In this document: in pieces, positions 26,836 through 39,620 of the stretch
Numbering within the stretch: position 1 is the first letter of the stretch
How the letters are laid out: the number at the start of each line of letters is the position of its first letter
Source of the DNA: Torpedo marmorata
Taxonomy: Eukaryota
Direction of reading: 5' to 3'
Assembly (NCBI GenBank): GCA_977017645.1
Contig: OZ360229.1
Location: 37,758,001-37,822,000 of the forward strand
DNA: 64,000 bases
Notes under the pieces: model-generated
Told to the model about the DNA's origin: nothing
What the model saw: the letters and a program-made list of their open reading frames with translations, nothing else
Database searches by the model: none
Position numbers and translations under genes: made by a program

Positions 26836-28149
26836 GAACTATCAAGAACTCCGTGAAAGAAGCCATTAAGCCGTCACGAAATGTTATTTTGACTTTTAAA
26901 AAAAAAATATTCGGAAAATAAAAGGAAAAACGTCGAGTTTTAACCAGTTTGCAGAGACTATGAAATAATTTGAAGTTGTTCTTTTAAAAGTCGGCCAAAA
27001 CTTTGACCAGTCAGTGTTGGACTTCAGACTAATTTATTGTCTTGAGTTTAACTTCTGTTCAGTTGTGGGCACTTTAATCAAATTAGTGACCCCCAGATAC
27101 CCATCAGACTTCTCCTCCAGAAGTTTATCTGGTTCGGTCCAGTACTGTTAAATTGGCTGTGTTACGCTCAGAATTACACGGAATCTACACTAGTGGCTCG
27201 TTAGCAACATAATAAAAAAAGAACGCTGTTTCTTTTGATGCAGATTCAGTGCCGCGAATACCGACTGGAATTCTCTCTCTCTCTCTCTCTCTCTCGTTCT
27301 CTCTCATTTAATTACGCGCATTGAAACTCCAGATTACATTAAAAGAAATTAATTGGAGGAACACTTTCTATTCACTGTCTGCTGTCCACCATATCTCCTC
27401 GGTATCTTTGGAAACAATCTTGTAAGACTTTTAAGCATAACCAACGAAAATAGATTATATTGGTCACCAAACTTAACGACTTTATCTCCTTTTCAAAAAA
27501 CAACCATTTCTGGTGAGGAATGTGTATTTATTGAGCCGATCAGTACATTTCTCCTGAAACTTGACCCGTGAAGTATCAATTTTGAACCCGGGTGCCTCTT
27601 CAGATATTCCAGTTTCACTCGCAATGACTCGACACGGGTAAATCTCTATTTCGCTCTCGTCATATCGAGAGCAAAAAATTATTGGTCGTATCAAGGTTCT
27701 CGGTCCTGCTCATAACGGCCTATTTCCTAAAACAATTTTATTCGTGATATTTCATGTGTATATGTATATACAGTATATATATATACATATGTGTGTGTGT
27801 GTGTGTGTGTGTACACGTACGTACGTACAATACACACATACATTCATACATACATACATACATATTCAAATTATGAAGGAACTTAGTTTTAAAACTGTGT
27901 GGACCAGTTGGCGTCTACGCCAGCTTTCCAATTTCCAAAAATAGAAAATTGTCAAATTATGATGTAGAAAAGTAATAGGAAACATTGCAAGCGCGTTAAG
28001 GAAGAATGTATGTCGCTACAAAAACGCAAACAAAATAAACACTAATGAATAGTGAAAAGTGAGGGTAAGGTGTACTAGATTGGTGGGCGACAGGGAGAGC
28101 ATGGCGCGAAGGATTACAGACATTGGAGAAAAGATAAACCATTAGGAAG

Positions 28150-29700
28150 GCGGAAATGAACTATGAAACTCTAATTATCAAGGAAATAAAACAATAGTCA
28201 GGTTGAAATAAGAGGAAGTCGGGTTTTGGATATGATCAGTAAGGTGTGACAAATTCACAGGCAGCAAGAGCGAGATGCAAGAAATGTTTAGAAATTACTT
28301 TTGACAGTATTTACCAGGGAGATCAACTGAGATTAGCAATGACTTAGATAACCACGTTTAAAAGTGTAAAATAAACTAATGAAACTCAGAGGATAACATC
28401 TTTTCCGGATTTCACCAGCATACCATAAAACATTTAATCATTTGTTATATTGTTTCGATTAAACAGGACTATGAAAAGGTAACAGAACACCAATGTTTAA
28501 ATTGGAGGATAGAAAATATTCAGGGAGCTATTAATGTCACATAATATTGGAGGCTGTACTGAAGGAGAAAACAGCAAACCTGTCTGAAACCAAAAATATT
28601 TTTGTAAAACATAGAACAGATTCCCCAAGAATTGCTAGACCATTCTCCTGGAATGATTTAACAGAATGACAGAGGGAGTCGAGAAGGGTGATGTAGTAAA
28701 TGCAATGTATCTAGATTCCCAAACGATCGTTGACAAGGTGGCACGTCATAGATTTGTCAATAAAGGCAAGAACAGGGAACAAGTTGCAGACTGAGGTGGG
28801 AGAAAGCTAAAATTCTGATTCTACCAGAGACCACTACTGTTCACAGTGCCCATTAAATGTTTATACTTTGAAATCAAGACACATTTTAAATTGGAAAATG
28901 AAACCAACTTTGAATGCAGGGGACAGTTAGTTGGATGGAGGCCGAAAGCAAATTACGAGACAAATAAACAGCCGGAATGGACAAATAATCGGGAGGTGAA
29001 ATGTGCGACACATTTCATTTTGTTAAGAAGAATAAATATAATAAATATTACTCAAAAAATAAGAATCTAAATATACTGTAATAGAGAAACAACGGATCTC
29101 AAGTACAAATATACAAATTGCTATTGGTAGCAACACAGGTAATACCATAAAACGAAACGGAACTAGCGCTTGGGCTTATTTCTTTTTAGAGGGGTGGAAT
29201 TGATAAGTTGATGTGTGCCAAACATTTGTCAGGCCACAATTCCAAGGCTGCATTCAATTCTCGACAGCTGTTGATAAATGAATATAGAAGAAAAGATAGG
29301 ATGCAAAAAATAAACACAAGCATGGGAACACAAATTGAAAGTTGTACTTTCCTTTTTCTTGAATAGGCCCGAGAGATGGCCTATGAGAGATCTATAACAT
29401 ATATAATGTTTCTGTGGACTAGGTACAGGAAGAGTGTAAAGCTAAAAGCCGCCAGTTTAAATTTGTCGTCAAAATGTGATCCAGAATTTGAAAGACTGCT
29501 CTGAATTCGGAGACTGAGAAGACCACCTCACAGAGTATAGTAGCATTCAAGGAAGAAGTAAGTAAGTAAAGGAGGAAGAGAATGTATGGCCAACAGGCGG
29601 GAAAGGGGTTAGTATGTGGCATAAGGACCAGTTTAATCTGATTAGGACAAGTTTCCTGTACCTGCCTTGCGTGCTCTATGTAATTCTTGGTTAAACCCCC
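28150..29700 (+). mobile_element. Very old CR1 ORF2 remnant
   Basis: gatgtagtaaatgcaatgtatctagattcccaaacgatcgttgacaaggtggcacgtcataga (D..YLDF.K.FDKVPH-like) and ggaccagtttaatctg...gtttcctgt tail. Confidence 0.6.
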
Positions 29701-30465
29701 TGTAATTGTTTTTCGAACCATTGACAAATGACGCTCTCAAACCTCGGAGATTACTCGTAAAAACGCATTTTATACTGTTTCTCTGATAGTTTTAGTTAGG
29801 ATATGGTAATATTGACTTTAGTCAATATTTTATATAACAAACTAACAAACCAATCCAAGCCAAGTAATTGCCAGTATTGCAAATAATTTCTGATCAGACT
29901 TCAGGTTTTATATAAAATATAAAACATCTGGAGTTCTCGGAACGTGACTCGTCCGCATTATCACAAGTTTCAACTACATTGGCTATTCAGGTGTCCTCTC
30001 ACGTACATAATATATATATATATTTTAAAAACGTTAATATGGGTATCCTTCACCTTTCATGAACTTCCAGCAAGAAAAATATAAACATTATTATGTTGAT
30101 TCTTGTTTGCTGAATTATGATTAGGATCATATCCTTTTCAAATATATTGAAGCAGATCCATCTCAAATAGTCATACTCTATAATACCCCTGAAGTCGGGT
30201 TACGATAAAAATAACCAATGGAGTTAACATTAACAAGAAATTAGTATTATGCGGGCGTTAATCGAGTTATGGCCATGAATAATTTTCGGCAATCGATGTG
30301 ACTGGATGTAAATCCTAACTCAGTAATATGGCGGAAAACTTAATGTGTTTCTAATGTAACAAATTTCCACGTGTAAGAATATATAATACCTCATAAGACA
30401 AGTTTGGTACACGAACAATCAGTTCCATTTATTTCAGTTTGTACAGAGCAGGCGAAGTCTTTTAC

Positions 30466-30526
30466 CTTTTTTGATTACAGACTGGTCCAATAAATTCATC
30501 CCAGGGCTTCCGTTATCATCCACACC
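30466..30526 (-). CDS. TFAP2B: TFAP2B exon 3 (61 nt; GVDDNGSPGMNLLDQSVIKK + G)
   Basis: Acceptor ttttcccttcag|GGT and donor AAAG|gtaaa. GMNLLDQSVIKK is identical to AP-2 beta, and the 61-nt length and phase 0/1 match the mammalian TFAP2B exon 3 as I recall it. Confidence 0.95.
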
Positions 30527-30577
30527 CTGAAGGGAAAAGAGCCAATTGTTTATTTAACTTTTTAATGCAGTAACAAT

Positions 30578-30579
<2 letters not shown>

Positions 30580-30616
<37 letters not shown>

Positions 30617-30645
30617 ACTCTCACTCTCTCTCTCTCTCTCTCTCC
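30580..30645. repeat. (TC)n microsatellite just upstream of the exon 3 acceptor
   Basis: Direct reading. Further microsatellites at 27272-27306 (TC) and 27790-27812 (TG). Confidence 0.95.
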
Positions 30646-33600
30646 CTTCCTTCCTATTAATAATACTGCAACCCACAATGGGATTCAGTTAGCACCTCTG
30701 CATCTGAATTGATGAAAAACTAACCCACGTGTGAATACATTCTAGAAGACCCAGGAGAAAGATAGCACCGAGAGCAGTGGATCCATTGGTGTATGTATTG
30801 CCCACTTTTCCCATTTATTGTCCCGACTTTGCTATTCCCTCTACAGATTATCCATGTAATCCTGGCGCGTCTCCTTCTTTCCATTTTGTCTTTTTTTTCT
30901 TCCAGAATCGTTGCTTGTTTCACTGTGCCCGGACCCGTCAACTTCAAATAAATTTCTCGTCCGTTCCCGCCAGGGGCTGTCAATGCCATCTCTCGCCGAC
31001 CTCCCACTACCTGCCTCCATCCAACCCCCAGTCCACCCCACCTCCTCCCCCCAAAAAAATAGTCACAGTCAATGCAAATCTCTCCGAAATTGTACGTGAT
31101 TTCAATGTAATTACGAATCGAAAGACATTTTGGATACATTCTGGGAGGGATGTTCCAACAAACCTGCAAGCATTTCCCTGCTTTTTCCTTGTTGTTCATT
31201 GTTCATCCGTCCACTGTTTTTACTTCCTTATTGTGTGGCCAGGAAAACAGATTAAAGTATTTTGACAGTCGCATACTTTGACGCGGGTCAAAGGTTAAGT
31301 TTGCAAATACATATTGCTGTTTTCCTCTGAATAAGAGCACGCCAAAATTGATACGTATTTGCTAAGGACAAGAATTCGCAATGAATGGTAAGAGGCTGTG
31401 CCAATTCGGCAACTTTAAATATGTTTCAGAATGCTTGATACGAGTTAAGGACTCATCGTTTTAAACATCCTGATATGTAACTGTTTAAAAGCAGGGGTAC
31501 ACACGATTGTAAATGTGGCATCAAAATATTGAAAATATACAGAACTGAGGAGAGTCAATGTTTTTTTTAAATGTCAGGGCATACGAGGATCTTGGCAAGA
31601 CGTCCTGTTTCATTGATTTAATGGATCACATTGATGATTGTTCCAGTGGACACTATGGTTCTGAAATTTACACTTTTCTATGTATTGTAGTGTCTATCCC
31701 TAATCCACTTGGAAGTTTGCTTCTTGGTTTCTTCTCCATATTTGTTTCCCATTAAAAAAAAACCAAAGTTTATGATTGATGTGAATAAACGAGCAGGTAT
31801 TTTGGGTCAGATTCAAATTAATTGTTACAGATTTGGTTCCAACAGTATTTCAGGGATGTAAGAGAAGAATGTAAAATTGGATACTTTTTAATTGAAACGT
31901 AACAAGTAATTGTTAAACGAATTGGAAAAAAAGTGAAACGCATTTGAAATTTAAATTTGTAGATTTAAGAACGTGGTTTAAGATTTATTTTTTAAATGGA
32001 ATTTGGACGAAACTTAAACCTGATCAACTTTCATATCTTAACAAAATAATTGGTTCAAACTTTCATATGGTTGAAATATTTAGGGCCTAAATATTGAAAT
32101 CGAACGAACCACTATGCTTCAAATTACACATTCTAATTATATAAGAGTACATTTGATCCACAAATCAAATATACTTGATTGAATTATCATTTAATCTGTA
32201 TTTGCCCCCACAACAATATGTTTCTTCTCAAATCCTAACGTTAAACCCTGGCCGATCATCACGACAATGTCAGAAAAAAAGATGAGCGATAAAACTTTCA
32301 CCATGCAGCATTAAACAAATTAACTGTATTGTAAAGGATGTGGAATTAAAATTTGGATCTTTGTCGTAGTTCTCGAAATTCCAACCTGTTATTTATACAT
32401 AGGTGACGACGAGTCATACGCAGCTACCTTATCTGATGTATCAGTAAATGTGATGTCCTCAAGCAGGGTTTCGACCCAAAACGTCGACTGTCCATTTCCC
32501 ACCACACTACGGCCTGACCACCTGAGTTCATCCAGCAGGTTGGTTTTTTTTTGTTGCTAATGAATGTAATGTTCTGTCCGGTCTCATTTAGAATCATTTA
32601 GATCGAGGCAGCAATAAACATTCATCCCCTTCGTCCCCCCCCCACCCCCCCCCCCCCAACCCACAGGTTTACTATTGTAAGATTTTTTAACTTCAAAGGA
32701 CACCAAGTGTCTTAAAGGGTTAAAGTAGATTTTTCCCTATAGTGCCCATCATGCAAACATATATGTGTTATAAAGCCCCAGAATTGGCTCCATATGTCCT
32801 GGTTATTTATGGTCACTTTGGGATTTAAACTATAGCATCTGTGATACGACATAGTCATCATCAACAGGAAATCCTAAACATGTTGAAAGAAGTAGTCTAT
32901 CTGGTTGTAGTTTGCTTTGCTGGCTATAGTGAAGAATCAGGACAGCACTATTCGGGGCTTTTAAGCGCTCTTTGACGAGAATAGGAACAAGGCTATCTAC
33001 ACCAAACACACCACTTTACAGCGTCGTATAAATTGATCGTCATTGTGAATGTCCTGCCATTCTTCAGGACTAATTCTAATTCAGGTTTGTCACGCGGTGC
33101 AGTGATCTTCTGCACACGAATTGCAGATATCTTGAATATTAATCGCTTCAGGCGTGAACATAAGTTTGAAATGAAAGTTGGTTTTCTGTGGGCGATGATC
33201 AGCGCTGCAAACACGAACTATCCAAGTTATTATTTTAATGTAAACCAACTACCGCTTTCATCTGTTGTGGGAGATCTCGGTGAAGCTCTCGGGTAAAATT
33301 ACTGGCGCAGCTTGCATGTTACTTCGAAACACCTTTGATGGAACTGGGTCCTCAATGTGTCAACTTTGCTATTTACACTTACAATCGCAAAATAACCATT
33401 TCATAATGGATTTCATGGTACAAGACAAAAATGGGGATTGGGACCGGATTAAACTGATAGACCGCTATCAGGAAAACGCCTCACAAATTTTCATCAATAT
33501 CCTGCTCAGATCAAATGTATTACCCACGTTTTTCAGTCGATCAAGCAGAAGGCTCGGGACAGATAAAACTATGCAAGTTAGGGGACAAAATATAATTGAA

Positions 33601-35508
33601 TTTGCAACATTAAGAGAACAGTTCATCTAATACATTTTTGTCAATATTTTTAATTTCTTGCTATTTGCTAATCCAGCAGGAAAAAAAGTTTCAAATTTAA
33701 CTTTAACTTTCCCAAAATATATATTAATAATTTGTTAGTTTAACTTTTTTAATCCCCGGAGCTCTTCAATTTGTATTGATTGGTGCCTTTTTGAGAACTT
33801 TAGGTATTTGAATTAATCTCAATATAAATGTAAAAAAGATATAACTGCAGATGAAATACATATTTTCCAAGCCACGTTCACGTATAACTAAGGAAGCTAA
33901 TAAGAATGAACCATACTGCATGGATCATGTCCTTATTGGATTCTCGCTTTAAATTAGGGAGAGTTGCGGTTTGTGCTAAATTGAAATCATTTATGTTTTT
34001 TAGACAGAAGTACCGAGATTTTCCCGTCATAATTGATGTCCTCAAGGAGTTGTGTCCCATTGTTAGCAATAAACACTCCTCAGTGATTACTTTATCTTTT
34101 TATATGAGTATAATTCTCACCGGTAGACATAGGAATGATTATCTTCGGACTCGAGGGAACTTATACCGGTACTCAGAACGTATTGGTTTTTTCTGTTTAA
34201 ACCTTAAAATAACCGAATTCTCCGACCATGTAAACCCGGTAAATCCTATTTACTCTCCCAATTTCGCATTTTATAATAATTGTTAAAAAAAACCAGGAGC
34301 AATCTGCGCGGTCCGAAAAGCGCAATGATTCAAGTCAGATTGGGAGTTGATTAAATATCTCCGTTTAGCAAATTGCTACAATTGGACTAGTTTTTCGCGG
34401 TTTCTTCGCTTTCTGATTTAAATTCTGTGACGTTTTTTTATGATTTTACACTATCTTGCACAATAATTTCAATATTTTAAACAGTGACGAAATACGGACT
34501 CCAGGAACATCAGTTTTCAACCATCATCTGAACAGTTAATTCCTTCCCGGGATTTTCAAAGAATGCCCCTTTTTTTGTCATTGCACGCGAGGGGTAAAAT
34601 GATTTGGGGGAATTGAGAAACGTGATATCGAGGGTATGCGATATCGAATGCATTGAGTTTGAGTTATTCGGGAGATGTGACATTATAATAGGAAATTTGA
34701 GGACGAGAAATTTACCAGTAGGATTAGATGCGACATGGGAGAAATAACGCGATGGAAAATCTGAGATTTGAGGAGCATGTGACATTGGCGGAGACTGACA
34801 TTGGGAGGCAAGTGGCACATGGGCGGGGATAGGGTGGGGTGACGATAAATTAAAATTTAGCAAAGGGAACATTTCGTCCCTTGTCTTCTACAAATATATC
34901 ACCGGAATTTCATCTTGTACTATCTACGCCTTTCTATAAAAGTAGAAAAAACAAAGCCAAGTCGAACATTCCACGGATTCTTAGCAATTAGCTATTTTTC
35001 AGGTGGTCTTTATCTGTTCTGAAAATTTACAATGTGTCCCGGATTCTCTTGTCTTTCAAGAATTTATGTCTGAAGGCAGTAAGTCATTAAACCTCCCCCA
35101 TTATCTAACCAGATTACTTGGTATTTTCACTTCGGTTCTTCTTGGCTTTATTTTATTCGCCAGGAAGGTGAAATGGAAGGTTAATGTTACTCTGGGAAAC
35201 TATTTCAAGCTTATTGAGGGTTATTTCAACACAGATGATACAATATTTAACGACTATCATTAGCACTTAATGTTAAAATGCATGGAAATTCTTACTAAAG
35301 TAATCTGTCAGTGCATACATATTACGTCGCGATCAGCGTGATGGTTAAATGGAAAAACGGCAGCTGGTAATTTTATAATTAAAACGCATTCTTTCAGTGG
35401 GAATTTCAGTATTTGGAAATGAGAAAAGTGTTGTTCTGGAAATAATTATTTACCAGGGCAGAAACTTTACACGAGTGACAGTACGTTTCTCATTAAACTG
35501 ACACCTGG

Positions 35509-35624
35509 ATTGGAAGCACTATGCTAAACTATCCTTTATTGGAAGCACTATGCTAAACTGTCCTTTATTGGAAGCACTATGCTAAACTATCCTTTATTGG
35601 AAGCACTATGCTAAACTATCCTTT
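35509..35624. repeat. Minisatellite, 4 x 29 bp (attggaagcactatgctaaactatccttt)
   Basis: Four head-to-tail units with one substitution and no spacers. Confidence 0.97.
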
Positions 35625-38178
35625 CGCGTTAGAATTCGTGCACCTGGCCTTAACTTGCATCGAAACTCATGCAATATGGATTACACACCAAATACCCTGC
35701 GGAGATAGCACGAACTCGCCTGGTAGCAAACACCCTTAAACTAGGTTAGCGGTGAAACTCACCTGTATAAAAGACCGATTGTTATATAAAGCTATCAGGT
35801 TGCCTTGTCGGCAGAATTGCGCCTTTCAATGAAAAACTTTTTGTAAGATAATAATATCTTCACTGGCCGTTTTGCCAACGTTCTGTCTATTTACGAATTT
35901 AAAAGCCTGGGAACGTCCTCGTTGAATCTAGATACAATTTAATTGTATTCAGTTAAAAAAAAAATTATAAATGACACACATACTGAAAGCATTTAAAACT
36001 GATATCTGCAAGAAACGTGTTCAATCGCGCAAAGCATCACGTTATGTTTTGGAAGGTTATTAATTTTATACCTTCCTAGAAATCCACTAGTCTGATACCT
36101 GGCCCACCTGTAATAAAATTGACTTAAAGTCCCAGGACTTTGGTGGGAACAGTGAAGGGGGGTGGGGGGGGGGTAATGGGGGTGGGGGAGGGAGAAATAT
36201 TTTTGAAAATGTAAAAATTACAAACAAGTTAGATTTAGATATCATAAATTTGTATGTAAATATCAATTATGAAAATTTAAAATAATCTCGTTCGTTTGCT
36301 CACTTCATTAGATGGATTGAAATAAAATAATTTTGGCACTGGCATTCACAAAGTGAAGATCGCGTTACAAAAATAATGTAACATCGCCAAAATCCATGAG
36401 GAAATATATTACTTCGGCGCACTGTATGCAACTAGGAAGGGAAACTGAACAGATTCAACCAAAGAAAAATAGGAATTGCATATTATCGAAAAGTAGCGTA
36501 AATAACAGAGAGAGGTTGCCCTAAATAAGGCGTTTATTTTTTCCAATCTCATCACAATCCACGTTAAGCGGCCACTTTGAGACCGATACTCTTTCTTTTC
36601 GCCGAATGCCCAAGTCTACGGCAAACGATTCCTCTCCATTTTTTGTTTACTGTTCTGATTTTTTTTCCCCTTTAAACGCTACACAAACGTCCAACGCGCG
36701 GAGTTAGTCAGGCGAGTTGTGTTTACAAAGCCTATAATTATATAAAAAAAAGCTTTCAGTGGAACAATCCGCCGAGACCAAGCAGAACAGATCTCGTCAG
36801 TACTGGAGCCCAGGGAGAGACTGTACAGTACTCAGTGATACGTTCATCTTAAATCGTTCTTGATTTTATTTGAGGGAACTCATCCGCGCAGAACGAATTC
36901 AAACGGCGAGCTCTGCCTTAAAACCTTTCATGTGTTATATTAATAAAATAGTGTAGTGTTTATGGTTAACTCGAGTAAAGGCGGAAACCGAATAATAGCA
37001 CTCAATGTAGCACTTGGATTTATTTTTAATTCTGAGATTTTTTGTCTTTTATCAATGAAATTGAAACTGAAAAATTCCATAAGGTTGTAATTTTGTAATT
37101 ACCAGAAGTGCACCATTGTGTATCTTACTCAATGTTTAAAGCATATACTGTATGACGCGCCATTAAGTTTGTCAGTTTCATTTTGATTTATCGAAAGAGG
37201 CAGCCATTACAATAAATAAACGGATCTGCAACTCTACAGCATGGATTTTCCATTCACCCGGCCAAGTAAATATGTGTGCTTTAAATATGTAGTCTTAGGT
37301 ACAGGAGGTGCTGTAAGAGTTGTCCGTATGCGGCATCCAAGCCCAACGCTATTTAGTGAAACTTGTCACCTTCTGCCAAGATCCCCCAGCCATAGTTAAA
37401 ATATGAACCAATAACTGGTACAAATCCTTTATACAGATAAGAACAAAGGATGTGGGGAGTGGACCAAACGGCGCACCGCACGTGTGACAATGATGAACCG
37501 GCTCTATTAATAAAACGCTACCTTTTCTTCGTTTAACTAAGTTTCTATTTCTGTCCAAACTAGATTATTGTCAGCAGGGTAGGATTCCCATCATCGTATA
37601 ATACACCACCCTGGCCTTGTCCTTCAAATGGCATCTCGGTTATGCAGATTTTATTTGAAAATGTGTATCATTTAATAATACAAATGTGTTTATCCTCCGC
37701 TAAAAACGGTTGATTTCAAAATCAATTTACAAAATAAACAAAACATTCAGGTTCTAGTAGGTTGAGTTAAGGCACAAATTTAAAAAAAGATTCAACCGAA
37801 TGCACTGTTTTCCATATCATAATAATTGAGAGAGTTCGCTGTTGTCTAATATTACATCTTTTCCGATTGGCGTGTTGGTCTAAACACCGTGTCACCGTTT
37901 GCAAGCAATAATGTTGCCGTCTCTTCCTATGTCCAATGTGAGGTTGCCACGGGGAGACCGACAGCGAGTACTAAACTAATCAGTTCATTGAAAACTTCTC
38001 ACATAAGTGAGCTGCCGTTATTTCTTTTGATTTCTATACGTAAAAAAATACCCTAGAAATGTCGGAAATAACGTTAATTTTCTATTTGTATTCCTTAAAG
38101 TCGGTTTCTTTCATTCAAAAAACTATCACAATTTTCCTGGAACGAGTCGGTCCGGTCGCGCGCGCTTCTCTGTGTTAC

Positions 38179-38640
38179 CTGCACATCGTCCAGCCCGTGG
38201 TGATTGAGAGCGTGGAGTGCGAGCGTGTCAACCAGCCCATGGTTGGAGTCAAGGCCGTGGCCGGAGTGGAGAAGCACGTCAGGCCGCCGGATCCCATGGT
38301 AATCCCGACGGTGGTCAAGACTTGACAACTGAGACAGACCCCGGGGTTGGTGCAGAATACCCTGCTCGGCCGCCACCTCCTGGCGTTGCCTCTGTTGCCA
38401 CGGGTGCTGCTGTGGCTGGTGCAGGGGGCTAGTCAGGGAGTAAGGATCGTTGACGTGAGCGTAGGGTTCCTGGCTCTGAGGATAGGGCAGGGGCTGGTAG
38501 GGCGGCGGGAAATAAGGCGGCTGGAAATCCGAAGAAGGGGTATGCGAGAGCGGCGGGGCAGTGGAGTAAGGCACTTGGCTCATCGAGCCGAGCTGGGCGA
38601 GGCGGGCGCTGTGACTGCCGTTCATTCCATCGTGCCGATC
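38179..38640 (-). CDS. TFAP2B: TFAP2B exon 2 (462 nt; proline/glutamine-rich activation region with PY motif)
   Basis: Acceptor ctctcgcag|GAT and donor CAG|gtaac. Translation DRHDG...[26 protein letters not shown]...[16 protein letters not shown]...RRPDVLLHS...GLDDVQ. The [14 protein letters not shown] and RRPDVLLHS motifs fit the beta paralog better than alpha or epsilon. Confidence 0.96.
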
Positions 38641-39219
38641 CTGCGAGAGGAAACAGAGTTGCATTACTGGAGCCAAAAAGAACACAACCCTCCCCGCTCC
38701 ATTCACCCCCCTTCGAAGATTTAACGAGCTGATCCTTGGAGTTTGTGTTTTAAATTTCCAGCTCTCCGTCGGACTATTTTAAATTTAATTTTCTGCCAAA
38801 CTTCTGCCGGTATGTAAAGTGGGACATTTTCCCCGACAAATTACTGTGAGGAAATATATCGGGTGCAAATCCGGAAATAAAATCAACCATCCCCACCGCT
38901 AGCCCTCAGGAGAAAAGACCCCCCTCCATCCCCACCACTACCACTCCCCACACACCCCTCTTCCCCGCAGTTTTCCTGTTTTGCTTTAACGCTGTGTGTA
39001 AAGTTGTCCTTTGTGGGAGTTGCAGTTTTGACTCGTTCATTTCTCCATTGTGAGACTCAAAAAGTTCGCCAAAATAACGAAAACGGCGGATAAAAACAAT
39101 GCGCGGCGTCTAAACCATCTGTTGTATTTTACTTGATCAGAAAATAAACGTAGCTCCGATCATGTTTTTAGCTTTGATTCGATATAAACAGAGCCGTTTT
39201 TCCTCTCTTCCGTACTCAC

Positions 39220-39246
39220 CATTGCAGCATACGTGTGCACCAACAT
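39220..39246 (-). CDS. TFAP2B: TFAP2B alternative first coding exon (MLVHTYAAM), phase 0
   Basis: Minus strand reads ATG TTG GTG CAC ACG TAT GCT GCA ATG followed by the donor gtgagt. This matches the MLVH-type first exon of AP-2 genes and splices in frame to DRHDG of exon 2. Confidence 0.9.
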
Positions 39247-39620
39247 CTGTGCGATCTGAGGACACCAAATCCCAAACAATCCCAGTCTTTTTGTGTGTAT
39301 GTGTATTTTGTTTCAATCGGAACAACTCCAAAGAATTAGGAGAAAGTTAGTCCAAAATCCATATAAAGATCCGCGTGCTGTGGGTTTATTTGGAAGAGAA
39401 ACCAAGAGACTAAGATCGGATCAGAGTTTCTCTTCTCTCTCTCTCTCCCTCTCTCTCTTGCTGTGTGTCTCTCCCACTGAGTCCGGGCTTTCTCTTCTAT
39501 TAAATATCAGCAAATCTTTAATCAGCCAGGCGTGAACGAGCGCAGCGCGTCCCCGACGCTCGGCTCCGGGGACGCGCATTTCCTGTATCAAATTGAACAA
39601 CTCCTGGTCCGGGGGAGATG
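39247..39620 (-). promoter_or_regulatory. Putative promoter/5'UTR of the MLVHTY first exon
   Basis: Directly upstream of the ATG. Contains a GA-repeat (39430-39458), a TATA-like TATTTAATA on the minus strand (~39498-39506) and a CpG-dense patch (39530-39580). Confidence 0.45.

Noticed and set aside
35509-35624. 29-bp repeats as a CRISPR array
   Set aside because: No spacers and a vertebrate context; it is a plain minisatellite.
36157-36193. G-rich tracts (also 42905-42955, 32635-32657, 63063-63077) as functional G-quadruplexes
   Set aside because: Low-complexity runs that are common in such genomes; nothing in the sequence supports function.
38641-38706. N-terminal and C-terminal extensions of the 203-aa ORF 38095-38706
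   Set aside because: Intronic read-through beyond clear splice sites at 38640 and 38179.
38179-39246. Assignment to TFAP2E or TFAP2A because of the MLVH start
   Set aside because: Exon 2 motifs and the 61-nt exon 3 fit TFAP2B; MLVH-type first exons are shared among paralogs.
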